Below are positions 1-9,390 of a stretch of DNA of 64,000 bases, piece by piece. The stretch covers positions 1 through 64,000 of the forward strand of contig CAVPZX010000007.1 of NCBI GenBank assembly GCA_963710375.1, given 5' to 3'. The notes under the pieces are model-generated. The model was not told where the DNA came from. It did no database searches and was given only the letters and a program-made list of their open reading frames with translations. How positions within the stretch are numbered: the first letter of the stretch is position 1; the number at the start of each line of letters is the position of its first letter. The position numbers and the translations under genes are program-made. The DNA comes from Nitrospirota bacterium (lineage in GTDB: Bacteria > Nitrospirota > Thermodesulfovibrionia > Thermodesulfovibrionales > Dissulfurispiraceae).

Positions 1-2
1 AA

Positions 3-89
3 CGGAGAGGGAGGGAGTCGAACCCTCGATGAGTTTAACCCCATACACGATTTCCAGTCGTGCTCCTTCGGCCACTCGGACACCTCTCC
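3..89 (-). tRNA. tRNA-Ser(GGA)
   Basis: Reverse complement GGAGAGGTGTCCGAGTGGCCGAAGGAGCACGACT-GGA-AATCGTG...GGGTTCGACTCCCTCCCTCTCCG: acceptor stem, D-loop GG, anticodon GGA, long variable arm, TTCGA T-loop; CCA not encoded. Confidence 0.96.
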
Positions 90-240
90 ACGGGATTAAC
101 AATAAAAGTAAACTGTTACTGTCAATTAATGAATATCTTAGCATACTTTTAAGGGGCATTGAAAATTCATTCAGAATGTGATAAAAATCGCTTACAGGTT
201 TTATGCCGAACTCTTCATGGGCCGACAGATTTCGTTCCTG

Positions 241-543
241 TCAGTTAATTATGCTCATCATCTTCAAATTTGAATAAATTTTTTCAATTTCGTTCTGTCC
301 AAACCACTGAAGGCACGATTGAAGACTCTTCATTAACAATTTAGCTTCATCTGTACCGGAAATGAGGAAATCAATAAGTTCCCAATCCGGCACCAGTTCA
401 AGCCACATGAAGGCATCCCATGAAGCAAGACATGGGGCATGATATATGTCCTTCAGATGCTCTGTCCAGTATTGTCGGGCGTTCTTAATTGCGTAATACC
501 TGAGGGCATCGATCAGTTTACTGATCTTCTCTACTTCCGGCAT
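241..543 (-). CDS. hypothetical protein
   Basis: 100-aa ORF co-oriented 24 bp downstream of tupA; no recognised motif. Confidence 0.45.
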   Translation of the reverse strand: MPEVEKISKLIDALRYYAIKNARQYWTEHLKDIYHAPCLASWDAFMWLELVPDWELIDFLISGTDEAKLLMKSLQSCLQWFGQNEIEKIYSNLKMMSIIN

Positions 544-567
544 TCAAGAACCTCTGTTATGCGCATA

Positions 568-1356
568 TTATTTTTTTGTTTTCTTTCCCTCCGATATTGG
601 AACAGCGTCCGGATAAAAGAGATTAACACCATGCTTGTTGTATGAAGCTATGATTTTCTGCCCCTCGGTCGATGTAACGAAGGCGATAAAGTCCATAGCT
701 TCGCGATATTTGACAGACGGGAATTTTGCCGGACTTACCGCTATGACACTATACTGGTTCTTCAGGAGAGGATCGCCCTCAACCATAATTTTCAGCCGAA
801 TCTTGGACTCATAGTTTAGGAATGTGCCGCGGTCCGAGAGCACATAAGCCTTTTTCCGGTCTGCTAAGAGGAGAGTGTCTCCCATCTTGGCGATAGCTTC
901 AGCATACCACTTCCGTCCTTTCGGTATTACGCCGGCATCATCCCAGATATCCAGTTCTTTCATATGTGTGCCGGAATCATCGCCACGCGAAACAAATCCT
1001 GCCTTTTTTTCGGCAATCAACTCGAAAGCGTCAATTGCACTTTTCATCCCTTTGATCTGCGCCGGATCGCTTTTCGTCCCCAGAATCACGAAATCGTTAT
1101 GCATCACCAATCTTCGGTTCACCCCGTATCCTTCGGCCAGAAACTTCTCTTCCCTGAAAGGCTCATGGACAAAAAGCACATCTGCCTCCCCCTTCTTCGC
1201 AATGCGCATTGCCTTGCCAGTTCCAACCGCAATGACTTCGACCGACACGTCATACCGGGTGGATTTCTCATACATCGGGATCAAAATGTCAAAGAGTCCC
1301 GAATTCTGCGTGCTCGTCGTTGAAGCTATCACAAGCCTCGTTTTTCCTTTCGACAT
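568..1356 (-). CDS. tupA: tungstate ABC transporter substrate-binding protein (TupA-like); start uncertain
   Basis: STTSTQNSGL, VGTGKA, FVSRGDDSGTH, SDRGT motifs; AAGGAGG precedes ATG at 1356; no signal peptide from this start. Confidence 0.85.
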   Translation of the reverse strand: MSKGKTRLVIASTTSTQNSGLFDILIPMYEKSTRYDVSVEVIAVGTGKAMRIAKKGEADVLFVHEPFREEKFLAEGYGVNRRLVMHNDFVILGTKSDPAQIKGMKSAIDAFELIAEKKAGFVSRGDDSGTHMKELDIWDDAGVIPKGRKWYAEAIAKMGDTLLLADRKKAYVLSDRGTFLNYESKIRLKIMVEGDPLLKNQYSVIAVSPAKFPSVKYREAMDFIAFVTSTEGQKIIASYNKHGVNLFYPDAVPISEGKKTKK

Positions 1357-1489
1357 AGTATATCTGTCCTCCTTTCTGCAGCCTATCGCCATAGCTGGCG
1401 TTGCGTCTTTTTCTGCCGCAGAGATGCTTGAAAGTCAGCGCACAGCTCCCATAACAGGGCCTGCCGCCCTCTCCCAGTCGTCATATGCA

Positions 1490-1518
1490 ATACTATCATA
1501 AATTTTACCATGTTGCAA
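1490..1518 (-). promoter_or_regulatory. putative sigma70 promoter of tupA
   Basis: TTGCAA-N17-TAGTAT on the minus strand. Confidence 0.5.
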
Positions 1519-1521
1519 AAG

Positions 1522-1545
1522 CGTTAGGCCTTAATGTATATAGCG
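1522..1545. promoter_or_regulatory. ModE-like box
   Basis: CGTTAggcc-N6-TATATAGCG resembles the ModE palindrome (one good half-site), abutting the -35 of an oxyanion-binding gene. Confidence 0.35.
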
Positions 1546-1866
1546 CTTTAAAAATGGACAATAGATTTTCTCATAAAGAGCTAACGTTATCCCCTTCTCT
1601 CAGAGGCCATATCTGGATCGAGGGAAGCGAAGCCACCAGGGTCACATCTGAGGTTGAAAAGGCAATTGTTAACCGGCTTCAACAATCGACCCACCATCGG
1701 CGTCCAATTTTGACATAGCCCGACCGCTAATGTCATATTAATTAATGGTCTTCTCCTATACTACTTTCGGGTAATATCCAGGCCAATATGTGATGTGTTA
1801 TAAATAGTTTGAAAGGGTATATGTTGTGCAGATTAACAATTGCAGTCCAAAAGGTAATATTAGAAT

Positions 1867-2259
1867 ATGGACCAAGCCACATTATGCAATAAGCGGCAAA
1901 CTTACAGGGTCAACACCCCGGCGCTGATAGCCTGCCTCCCGCTTTCCACATCCGGTGATGGCGATGACCTTTTAACGGATCATTTACGGCGGGTGAGGCA
2001 GCGATTGTTTGATGTCAACCTCAGCATAGGCGGCATTGCGTTCCCCGATAGGTTTGGGTGGGGATATAATTGCGGAGACTTGATCCAGATTTATATTAAG
2101 CCTTTGTCCGGACCGCCTGTTACAGCCGTAGCTCAAGTTGTTCGTAGGGACAACGCTGATGATGGCGTGGCAACGGTGGCTGCGAAATTCCTCCAGTTGA
2201 GTCCTGAGGCTGAAAGGAAACTGTCCTCTGCGATACTGAATTGTCAGCGGAAACAGTGA
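1867..2259 (+). CDS. PilZ domain protein (c-di-GMP receptor)
   Basis: RQTYR (RxxxR) and NLSIGG (D/NxSxxG) motifs. Confidence 0.75.
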   Translation: MDQATLCNKRQTYRVNTPALIACLPLSTSGDGDDLLTDHLRRVRQRLFDVNLSIGGIAFPDRFGWGYNCGDLIQIYIKPLSGPPVTAVAQVVRRDNADDGVATVAAKFLQLSPEAERKLSSAILNCQRKQ

Positions 2260-2405
2260 TCTGTCAAAGGGCTGCTCTAAGCGCATGGATTCAGTAGAGT
2301 GACAAAGGGAAGTGAATAAGGCCAAGAAGACAGAAGAGAAAAAGGCTGGCGAAAAAGCTCCTGAAGCTCCGGCAAAATAACTCGACTCATTTCGATAAGT
2401 TCATG

Positions 2406-2448
2406 AAGGCAGGTTTATTTGGATTTGACCAACACCTGCCTTTTCTTT
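2406..2448 (+). terminator. intrinsic terminator
   Basis: AAGGCAGGT...ACCTGCCTT stem followed by a T-rich tract. Confidence 0.55.
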
Positions 2449-2632
2449 ATTCGTAATCCGGTTCACGTCCAGTTTTAGGAATATACAGTTTTCTATTGAC
2501 TATAATCTCACCCGGGAGGTATATGCATGCTACAAAGGAGAATGAGCATGATGGAAAAGAGTATAATAACGGAATACGTCAGGATGATAGCTGAACCACT
2601 CAAGAAGTTGAGTGGCGATGAGGAGGCGGAGA

Positions 2633-2962
2633 ATGGAAAAGTGCGCATGCGGTAAAGATGCTGAATCACAGGTTGGAGGACAGTGGATATGCGGGGCTTG
2701 CATGCTTCTTAAGGATTGTGTGAAATGCGGTAGTAAGGAAGTATATCTGCTTAATGAGGACTCTGATTATGCCTTGTGCAAGGTGTGCTGGAAAAAGGGG
2801 ATAGAGGATTGCTTAAGCAGAATGGAAACAGGGTTGAAGCAGATGGAAGAAGACGAGCGCTTCCTCCGTTGCGATAACTCTGTAAACACGGATACATTGC
2901 TTTACGGACTCGAAATTATAAGACAGCAGGTTGAAACATTGAATAGTATCCGCAAGTCATGA
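2633..2962 (+). CDS. small Cys-rich (putative double zinc-ribbon) hypothetical protein
   Basis: AGGAGG SD; CAC, CGAC, CVKC, CKVC pairs followed by a helical tail. Confidence 0.55.
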   Translation: MEKCACGKDAESQVGGQWICGACMLLKDCVKCGSKEVYLLNEDSDYALCKVCWKKGIEDCLSRMETGLKQMEEDERFLRCDNSVNTDTLLYGLEIIRQQVETLNSIRKS

Positions 2963-3042
2963 AGGCATGCAAACTTGACACTTAAAACATCAGTGTGTTT
3001 AAATTTTGCATCATATAGCTGCATTTCCAGGAGGCTAAGGTT

Positions 3043-4140
3043 ATGCGCTGTCCAATAATGATTTCTGCCTTAATATTTTCTCTTTTGCTTGCGTTCACAC
3101 AAGCATTTGCCGAAACCCTCACTTTCACCAGGGAATATACTTATGAGAGCAGCCAGTTCGATTCCCAGGCTTCAAGCAGGACTCTCGCTTTGAGTAATGC
3201 CAAAAGATTTATATTGGATGAACTGGGAGCGTTTCTCGTCAATTCGCTCGAGGCAAAAAAAATGCAACTTACTAAAGACCAGATAATCACCTACATGGCT
3301 GGTATCATCTCTGCGGAAACAATAGATGAAAAATGGGACGGCAAGAATTACCTGGTCAAGGCAAAGATGTCAGCGGACCCGGATGAAGCAATGAAAGCAA
3401 TTCAGAAGATTGTCCAAGACAATAATAGTATACAAACGCTTGAAGATGCAGCGAAAAAGACGAAAGAACTTAGCAAAGAGAATGAGAAACTTAAAAGAGC
3501 ACTTGAAGATGGAGCAATAGCCAAAAAACATGATGCAAAAGCAGAGGCAAAAAATATAAAAGAATATGAAAATACAATAAAAGGGCTTGAGGCCGTTGAG
3601 TGGCTTGAGAGGGGTTTTAAGAATGCTTTCTATGCTAATTGGAAAGAAGCACTGGACGCATATACAAACGCAATAAATCTCAAGCCTGATTATGCAATTG
3701 CCTATATGAGGCGGGGAATGGTTTATAGCCGCTTTTTAGACAACTATCAGCAAGCGATTAAGGATTTTACCAAAGCTATAGAACATAAGCCTGATTTTGC
3801 CGAGGCTTATTTTTATCGCTGCTCTGTGCATAGCGACTTGGGAAACTATAAGCAGTCTATAAAAGATTGTACCAAGGCAATAGAACTCAAGCCTGATTTT
3901 TCCGGAGCCTATAATAATAGGGGATATGCTTATGTCGGATTAGGTTATCAGGAAGCAATCAAGGATTATGATAAAGCGGTCGAACTTGACCCCAAAGATG
4001 TCTCCGCTTACTTTAGCCGGGGAATTGCTTATGACGAATTAGGAGATCATCAACGGGCTGTCAATGATTTCAAAACAGCCGCCAAATGGGGAGATAAAAG
4101 AGCCCAGGACATTCTGACCAAAGAAAAAATTCAGTGGTAG
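3043..4140 (+). CDS. exported tetratricopeptide repeat protein
   Basis: Signal peptide ending AFA-E, coiled coil, about 5 TPRs (AIKDFTKAIE.KP / AYNNRG); AGGAGG SD. Confidence 0.9.
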   Translation: MRCPIMISALIFSLLLAFTQAFAETLTFTREYTYESSQFDSQASSRTLALSNAKRFILDELGAFLVNSLEAKKMQLTKDQIITYMAGIISAETIDEKWDGKNYLVKAKMSADPDEAMKAIQKIVQDNNSIQTLEDAAKKTKELSKENEKLKRALEDGAIAKKHDAKAEAKNIKEYENTIKGLEAVEWLERGFKNAFYANWKEALDAYTNAINLKPDYAIAYMRRGMVYSRFLDNYQQAIKDFTKAIEHKPDFAEAYFYRCSVHSDLGNYKQSIKDCTKAIELKPDFSGAYNNRGYAYVGLGYQEAIKDYDKAVELDPKDVSAYFSRGIAYDELGDHQRAVNDFKTAAKWGDKRAQDILTKEKIQW

Positions 4141-4316
4141 GCGGGGTCTCTAAAATTTCTCATCTTAACAAGCACATCATTATCTCGTGGCCTGCACTGA
4201 ATAGTCTGAGGCCGCTGTCCTCTGACATACCTGTCAGCAACTATTTTACTGGCTAAACTGCGGCTGTTATCATATAATAAATAATGTAGAATTCACTATG
4301 AAGGAGGAATAGTGAT

Positions 4317-4763
4317 ATGAAAACTGTCAAAGATATCTTAAAAGACCCAGGTCATACAATTTGGTCAGTTTCTCCCAGGACGACGGCATACGAGGCTCTC
4401 GAAGTGATGGCTGATAAGGATATCGGAGCTTTATTAGTTTTTGAAAAGGAACAACTTGTCGGAGTTTTTTCGGAACGTGATTATGCGAGAAAAGTGATCC
4501 TGCAAGGAAAGGCTTCCAAGGACACACCTGTCAGTGAACTGATGAGTCGTCAGGTATTCTATGTTAAACCGGAAAATACGCTTAATGAATGCATGGCGCT
4601 GATGACAGCGAAACATATCCGTCATTTGCCTGTTTTTGACAATAACCGAGTTATGGGAATCATAACGATGCGCGACGTGGTTAAGGCAATTGTTTCCGAA
4701 CAGGAGATTACAATTAAAGCCTTCGAAGAGCTTATGTCCTATGTAAGAATTGATGGATTTTAG
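4317..4763 (+). CDS. CBS domain pair protein
   Basis: DIGALLV, GVFSERDYARK, HIRHLPV, GIITMRDVV. Confidence 0.92.
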   Translation: MKTVKDILKDPGHTIWSVSPRTTAYEALEVMADKDIGALLVFEKEQLVGVFSERDYARKVILQGKASKDTPVSELMSRQVFYVKPENTLNECMALMTAKHIRHLPVFDNNRVMGIITMRDVVKAIVSEQEITIKAFEELMSYVRIDGF

Positions 4764-4863
4764 TGAGTACATGCAATACGGGTGTCGAGGTCCAGAGATA
4801 ATCCCCACTCAGGTCCAAAAGAATTCCCCACCTGGGTTCAGAATAACGGAGAGGCTTTCTTCT

Positions 4864-7449
4864 TTATATCTTTTGTATCGTAACTTCGCAGCCCTCAATT
4901 CCTGGGGCCTTTGTGATCGGGTCAAGGTTATAACCAAGGAGTCTGAAAGCCCCTCTGCCCTCAAAGTTATTTGTGAGCATCACTGCTGATTCATTCACTG
5001 TAGTATCAAAGACAACAGGAAGGTTTAAGGTGCTAAATTCAGTTGAGACACTTACTATGTCTCCATTCTTCAATCCCAGTCTCTCTGAAATAATGGGGTT
5101 AATCCTCACAACTGCCTCTGGATAAATACTGTTTAGTGCCACGGACCTTCTGCTTAAAGTTCCTGAATGGAAGAGTGGTTTTTCGATAACTATATAAAGT
5201 TTTCCATCTGAGGCGCGAGGTTTTAGAGGTGAAATGTCTTTTATCATGATTTCCTCTAACACCCCCCTGAGAGGCTCACCCGTATATGGCCAGAGAACAC
5301 CTCCTTTTCCAATCTCTTCATATGTAAGGCCTCTGTAGAGAGGAGAGACCTCGCTGATCTCCCTCATAATATCGTCTGAAGATAAGTAATTCATAGCTAT
5401 ACCCATGTTTTTAGAAATCTCAGCAATTATTCTCCAGTCCTCCATGCCATCGTTTTCCAATGCCTTTCTCAATCTCTGAATCCTTCTCTCAAGGTTAGTA
5501 TAGGTACCATCTTTCTCTGCCCAGCTCAATGAGGGTATGACAACATCTGCTATACGTGCAGTTTCTGTTAAAAAAATATCCTGAACAACTAAAAATTCAA
5601 TATTCTTAAGGGCTGATTCTATCTTCTTAGAGTTTGGCAGATTGAAAACTAAATTTTCACCCATGACATACATCGCCTTTATCGATCCCTCTTCTACTGC
5701 CTCTATCATTTCAAACAATGTAATACCACTTTCTGCAGGTATGCTTGCACCCCATGAACTCTCATATCTCTTCCTAAAATCAGCTAAGCCAATAGGCCGA
5801 TATCCAGGCAACATATCAGGTTCACAGCCCATATCAAGAAGACCTTGTTCGTTTGGCCATTCAGACAGCAGATATATACTTGCGTTAATAACGTGACTCA
5901 AGGCAGAAATAAGCAAGATACTGTAACTGCCGTCAGTCCTTTGTATTAGTTCCGGACCAATCACAATGGCTGGTGTTTGCGCATTGAACAATATCTCTAT
6001 AAATTTTTCAATGTCAGGTCTGGTTATGCCACATTTCTTCTCAACATCTTCCAATGAGGTCTTTATATCCTTTATCCTTGCCTCAAGAATACGCTGTCCG
6101 CCGGTAAGGGCCTTACCTTTTGTGAGTTCTTTAACAAGCCCTTCGAGGAGGATATTCTCAGAGTAAATATTGGGTTCAATAATTATAGGTCTGAAATGCT
6201 CAAGGCCTTTCATATATCCAACTGTCAAGATATTTCCGCCATTATTATGCGATGCCCTGATCTGTAAACCAAGGATAGGATTTATAGTAGTGGGATCCCC
6301 GCCAATACATAATATCGCGTCAGAATTGGTAAGACCTGAAATCATATTTGCAGTGGCTCCCTGCCCAAAGATATTTTCCATTAATCTCTGGGCGCCTGCA
6401 TAACCCATCCTCGCTATGCTATCTATGTTGTTAGTCCCAACGGCAATCCTCATAAATTTCTGGAAAACATAATTGTCCTCATTTGTACATCCTGGCGAGG
6501 CAATACCTCCGATCGCTTTACCGCCATGCAAATCTCTTATCTCACTTAACCTCTTTACAACAAGGCTGATTGCCTCTTCCCATGTAGAAGGCTCAAGCAC
6601 CTCGCCCTTTCTGATGAGCGGGGTCTTCAACCTCTCGCGGCTCCCTACAAATTCATAACCAAATCGTCCCCTTGTACAGGTCAGCCCATTATTTACACCC
6701 ACGCCGAATTTTGCGGCAACCCTTACAATGCTGTTAGATCGAGCTTGAATAACGAGTGTACATCCTACACCGCAATATGGGCAGATTGTCTCCGTTTCAT
6801 TTTCGATGTACCATGGCCTATAAGCATGCCCGTGTAACCTCGACATAATTGCCCCTACAGGGCAGGCTGAAATACAATTACCACAGTATTCACAGTTAAA
6901 GGCGCCACCCGAAAAAGGCTGTACGTGAGAAGAGCCTCCACGATTAATAAAACCAATTGCGAATGCACCCTGAACCTCCTCACACATCCTGACACATCTC
7001 GCACAGACAATACATCTCTCCATATTGCATGCAATAATCGGATCTTCTACGGTGTCAGGAATTTTCCGCTTTTCCTCTATACAACGGCTTTTGGTAGGGC
7101 CGTATTTGTCAACAAGGTCCTGAAGTTCGCACTCACCTGCTTTGTCACAGTAAGGACAATCAAGAGGATGATTTATCAGTAAGAATTCCAGCATACCCCT
7201 TCTGGCTTTAGCTATCTGTTCAGACTCGGTCCTTACAACCATACCGTCCACGGTAAAAAGTGTACAAGCGGTCTGTAACGCCTTCATTTTTTTCACTTCA
7301 ACAAGACACAGCCTGCAGCCTCCAAAAGGTTTAAGTAGTTCATCATGACAGAGTGTAGGGATTTTTATTCCTGCCTGCTTTGCGGCCTCAAGAACCGTCA
7401 TTGTTTTCTCGAGCTTTATTTCCTTGTCATTAATAGTTACTGTAATCAT
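4864..7449 (-). CDS. nuoG: NADH-quinone oxidoreductase subunit G-like Fe-S protein (molybdopterin-oxidoreductase fold, no Mo ligand)
   Basis: IPTLC..GCRLC [2Fe-2S], HPLDCPYC..GEC, CIVCARC, CEYCGNC..CP, CPYCGVGC clusters; FDH catalytic Cys/Sec region reads DSIARMGY. Confidence 0.82.
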   Translation of the reverse strand: MITVTINDKEIKLEKTMTVLEAAKQAGIKIPTLCHDELLKPFGGCRLCLVEVKKMKALQTACTLFTVDGMVVRTESEQIAKARRGMLEFLLINHPLDCPYCDKAGECELQDLVDKYGPTKSRCIEEKRKIPDTVEDPIIACNMERCIVCARCVRMCEEVQGAFAIGFINRGGSSHVQPFSGGAFNCEYCGNCISACPVGAIMSRLHGHAYRPWYIENETETICPYCGVGCTLVIQARSNSIVRVAAKFGVGVNNGLTCTRGRFGYEFVGSRERLKTPLIRKGEVLEPSTWEEAISLVVKRLSEIRDLHGGKAIGGIASPGCTNEDNYVFQKFMRIAVGTNNIDSIARMGYAGAQRLMENIFGQGATANMISGLTNSDAILCIGGDPTTINPILGLQIRASHNNGGNILTVGYMKGLEHFRPIIIEPNIYSENILLEGLVKELTKGKALTGGQRILEARIKDIKTSLEDVEKKCGITRPDIEKFIEILFNAQTPAIVIGPELIQRTDGSYSILLISALSHVINASIYLLSEWPNEQGLLDMGCEPDMLPGYRPIGLADFRKRYESSWGASIPAESGITLFEMIEAVEEGSIKAMYVMGENLVFNLPNSKKIESALKNIEFLVVQDIFLTETARIADVVIPSLSWAEKDGTYTNLERRIQRLRKALENDGMEDWRIIAEISKNMGIAMNYLSSDDIMREISEVSPLYRGLTYEEIGKGGVLWPYTGEPLRGVLEEIMIKDISPLKPRASDGKLYIVIEKPLFHSGTLSRRSVALNSIYPEAVVRINPIISERLGLKNGDIVSVSTEFSTLNLPVVFDTTVNESAVMLTNNFEGRGAFRLLGYNLDPITKAPGIEGCEVTIQKI

Positions 7450-7456
7450 CAGGTTA

Positions 7457-8716
7457 TTACCGCTCTACACTTTTATTTCTTATATGCTCTTCAAATTCAT
7501 CTTTAAAATGCATAAGCATAGGCTCGATAACTATCGGCAAGCTTTCACCGAGGGGACAGAAGCACCTATCCCTGATATTATCTAAGATATCATTTATAAC
7601 CTCTATATCATCATCCCTACCTTTACCATTTTCTATCCTCTCGACAATACGCCTCAGCCATCCAGTCCCTTCTCTGCATGGCGTACATTTCCCACACGAC
7701 TCATGTTCATAAAATTTTAAAGCCCTCCACAATACCCTGACCATGCAGGTTGTCTCATCTATAACCATTACAGCACCACTGCCTAACTCGCTCCCAGCCT
7801 TTTTCATAGAATCAAAATCCATAGCGCACTCTATTTTATCAGCTGGTAAAACGGGTGTTGAGATCCCACCAGGTATAACAGCCTTAAGCTTCTTACCACC
7901 TTTTATCCCACCCGCATGTGTATAAATAAGTTCTCTCAGGGATGTGCCCATAGGAAGTTCATAAAGCCCCGGTTTATTTACATGTCCGCTAATCGCGAAT
8001 AGCTTTGGACCTGGACAATCAGAAGGACCCATCTTTCTATATTCCTCTGGACCTATCTGGATTATTAAAGGGACATTTGAAAGAGTCTCTACATTATTTA
8101 CGATGGTTGGTTTTCCCCATGCTCCCACATTTGCAAGGCGATAATATGGTATTCTCGGGTGTCCCCTCTTTCCTTCAAGAGATTCTAATAGTGAGGAGGC
8201 TTCACCGCATATATATGCACCTGCGCCCTGATGAACCATCAAATGGAACTTCACCCCTTTGCCGATAATATTATAGCCGAGATATCCTTTGCTATATGCC
8301 TCTTCTATAGCCTTGTTCAATATTACCTTTGCCTTTGGATATTCGCCCCTGAGGTATATATATCCATATTCCGCACCATAGGCATAACCAGCTATAACCA
8401 TGCCTTCTATTAATAAATGAGGCCTCTTCTCAAGTATCGTCCTGTCTTTAAATGTTCCCGGCTCTCCCTCATCAGCATTAGCTATAAGGTATTTGGGAGA
8501 AATATCTTTATTGAGACTGCAAAAATACCATTTCATTCCTGTAGAAAATCCGACACCACCACGCCCCCTGAGGTTCGCTTTCCTTACCATGTCAATAACA
8601 TCTGCCGGCGCTATCTCAAGGGCTTTTTGGAGGGCTTGGTACCCCCCTTGCTCAATATAAAAATTGATATCTGCAGAATTAGGATTTTCTATGCCCTTTA
8701 AAAGAAATCTTTCCAT
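7457..8716 (-). CDS. nuoF: NAD(P)H-binding flavoprotein, NuoF family
   Basis: LRGRGG.GF.TG.KW, NADEGEPGTFKDR, GAGAYICGE, ESCGKCTPCREG, CPLG. Confidence 0.93.
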   Translation of the reverse strand: MERFLLKGIENPNSADINFYIEQGGYQALQKALEIAPADVIDMVRKANLRGRGGVGFSTGMKWYFCSLNKDISPKYLIANADEGEPGTFKDRTILEKRPHLLIEGMVIAGYAYGAEYGYIYLRGEYPKAKVILNKAIEEAYSKGYLGYNIIGKGVKFHLMVHQGAGAYICGEASSLLESLEGKRGHPRIPYYRLANVGAWGKPTIVNNVETLSNVPLIIQIGPEEYRKMGPSDCPGPKLFAISGHVNKPGLYELPMGTSLRELIYTHAGGIKGGKKLKAVIPGGISTPVLPADKIECAMDFDSMKKAGSELGSGAVMVIDETTCMVRVLWRALKFYEHESCGKCTPCREGTGWLRRIVERIENGKGRDDDIEVINDILDNIRDRCFCPLGESLPIVIEPMLMHFKDEFEEHIRNKSVER

Positions 8717-8743
8717 CACTATTAAACCCTTAGCTTCAAGATT

Positions 8744-9208
8744 CTAACTATACTTAGCAAGAATTTCTTCTATCGTCTGTTCTGTAAGATCCCCATAACT
8801 ATCTTCATTAACAAGCATTGCAGGGGCATTGCCACACATCCCGATACATTCCATTATAACAAGAGAAAACCTTTTATCAGGGGTAGTGCCGCCATCCTCA
8901 AGACCATATTTATTCTTTAATAGGTTTATCAGTCTTTCAGCGCCTAATATCATGCACGATACATTCGTACAGAGCCTTATCACGTTTCTTCCCATAGGCT
9001 TGTGCCGTAACATAGAATAAAAGGCGCCAACACTCCTAACAGTAGCCTTTGGGATGCCTAAAGCAGTAGAGACAGCCACATACGCATCGGGACTCAACCA
9101 GCCAAATTCTTTCTGGGCAATATAAAGGGATGGAAGGAGTGCTGCCTTGCTATCAGGGTATCTTGCCTTTATCTCCTCTATTTCTTTTATTGCTGTCTCA
9201 CTTAACAT
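8744..9208 (-). CDS. nuoE: NuoE family [2Fe-2S] subunit
   Basis: CTNVSC...ECIGMC..AP motif, FYSM. Confidence 0.93.
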   Translation of the reverse strand: MLSETAIKEIEEIKARYPDSKAALLPSLYIAQKEFGWLSPDAYVAVSTALGIPKATVRSVGAFYSMLRHKPMGRNVIRLCTNVSCMILGAERLINLLKNKYGLEDGGTTPDKRFSLVIMECIGMCGNAPAMLVNEDSYGDLTEQTIEEILAKYS

Positions 9209-9255
9209 CTATACCCCCGAGCACATTCTCCCAGAACTTTGTCTTCGATTAACAT
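9202..9255 (-). pseudogene. relic of a nuoD C-terminus
   Basis: Translates MLIEDKVLGECARGYRC*; VLGECAR is one base change from the NuoD terminal VLGECDR and lies directly before nuoE. Confidence 0.45.
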
Positions 9256-9354
9256 GCAGTAATCCAAAAACTGTTTCAATAACCGGGAAGATGAAAATTG
9301 GCACATAATTTGAGAGCATATTAGATTCTCTTTTTAACCTAGAAATTTTCTACC

Positions 9355-9384
9355 TTTATACTCGAACCTATTCGTTTTTGTCAA
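9355..9384 (-). promoter_or_regulatory. putative sigma70 promoter of nuoEFG
   Basis: TTGACA-N18-TATAAA on the minus strand. Confidence 0.35.
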
Positions 9385-9390
9385 GCCAAA

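Noticed and set aside
3..543. tRNA-anchored integrative element
   Set aside because: The tRNA 3' end faces out of the window; no integrase or duplicated att site was seen
1357..1484. Moco, glycine, ZTP or c-di-GMP-I riboswitch in the tupA leader
   Set aside because: Only fragments match (GGAGA, CTTTCA, GACGCAA, GAAAGGAG); the required stems and cores could not be built by eye; needs cmscan
4864..7449. Formate dehydrogenase alpha subunit
   Set aside because: The catalytic Cys/Sec-His site is absent (DSIARMGY) and there is no in-frame TGA
7457..8716. Electron-bifurcating HydB-type subunit
   Set aside because: Short NuoF without extra ferredoxin domains; has the non-bifurcating T/K/Y signature residues
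9299..9314. sigma54 promoter TGGCAC-N5-TTGA
   Set aside because: Lacks the -12 GC and points away from nuoE
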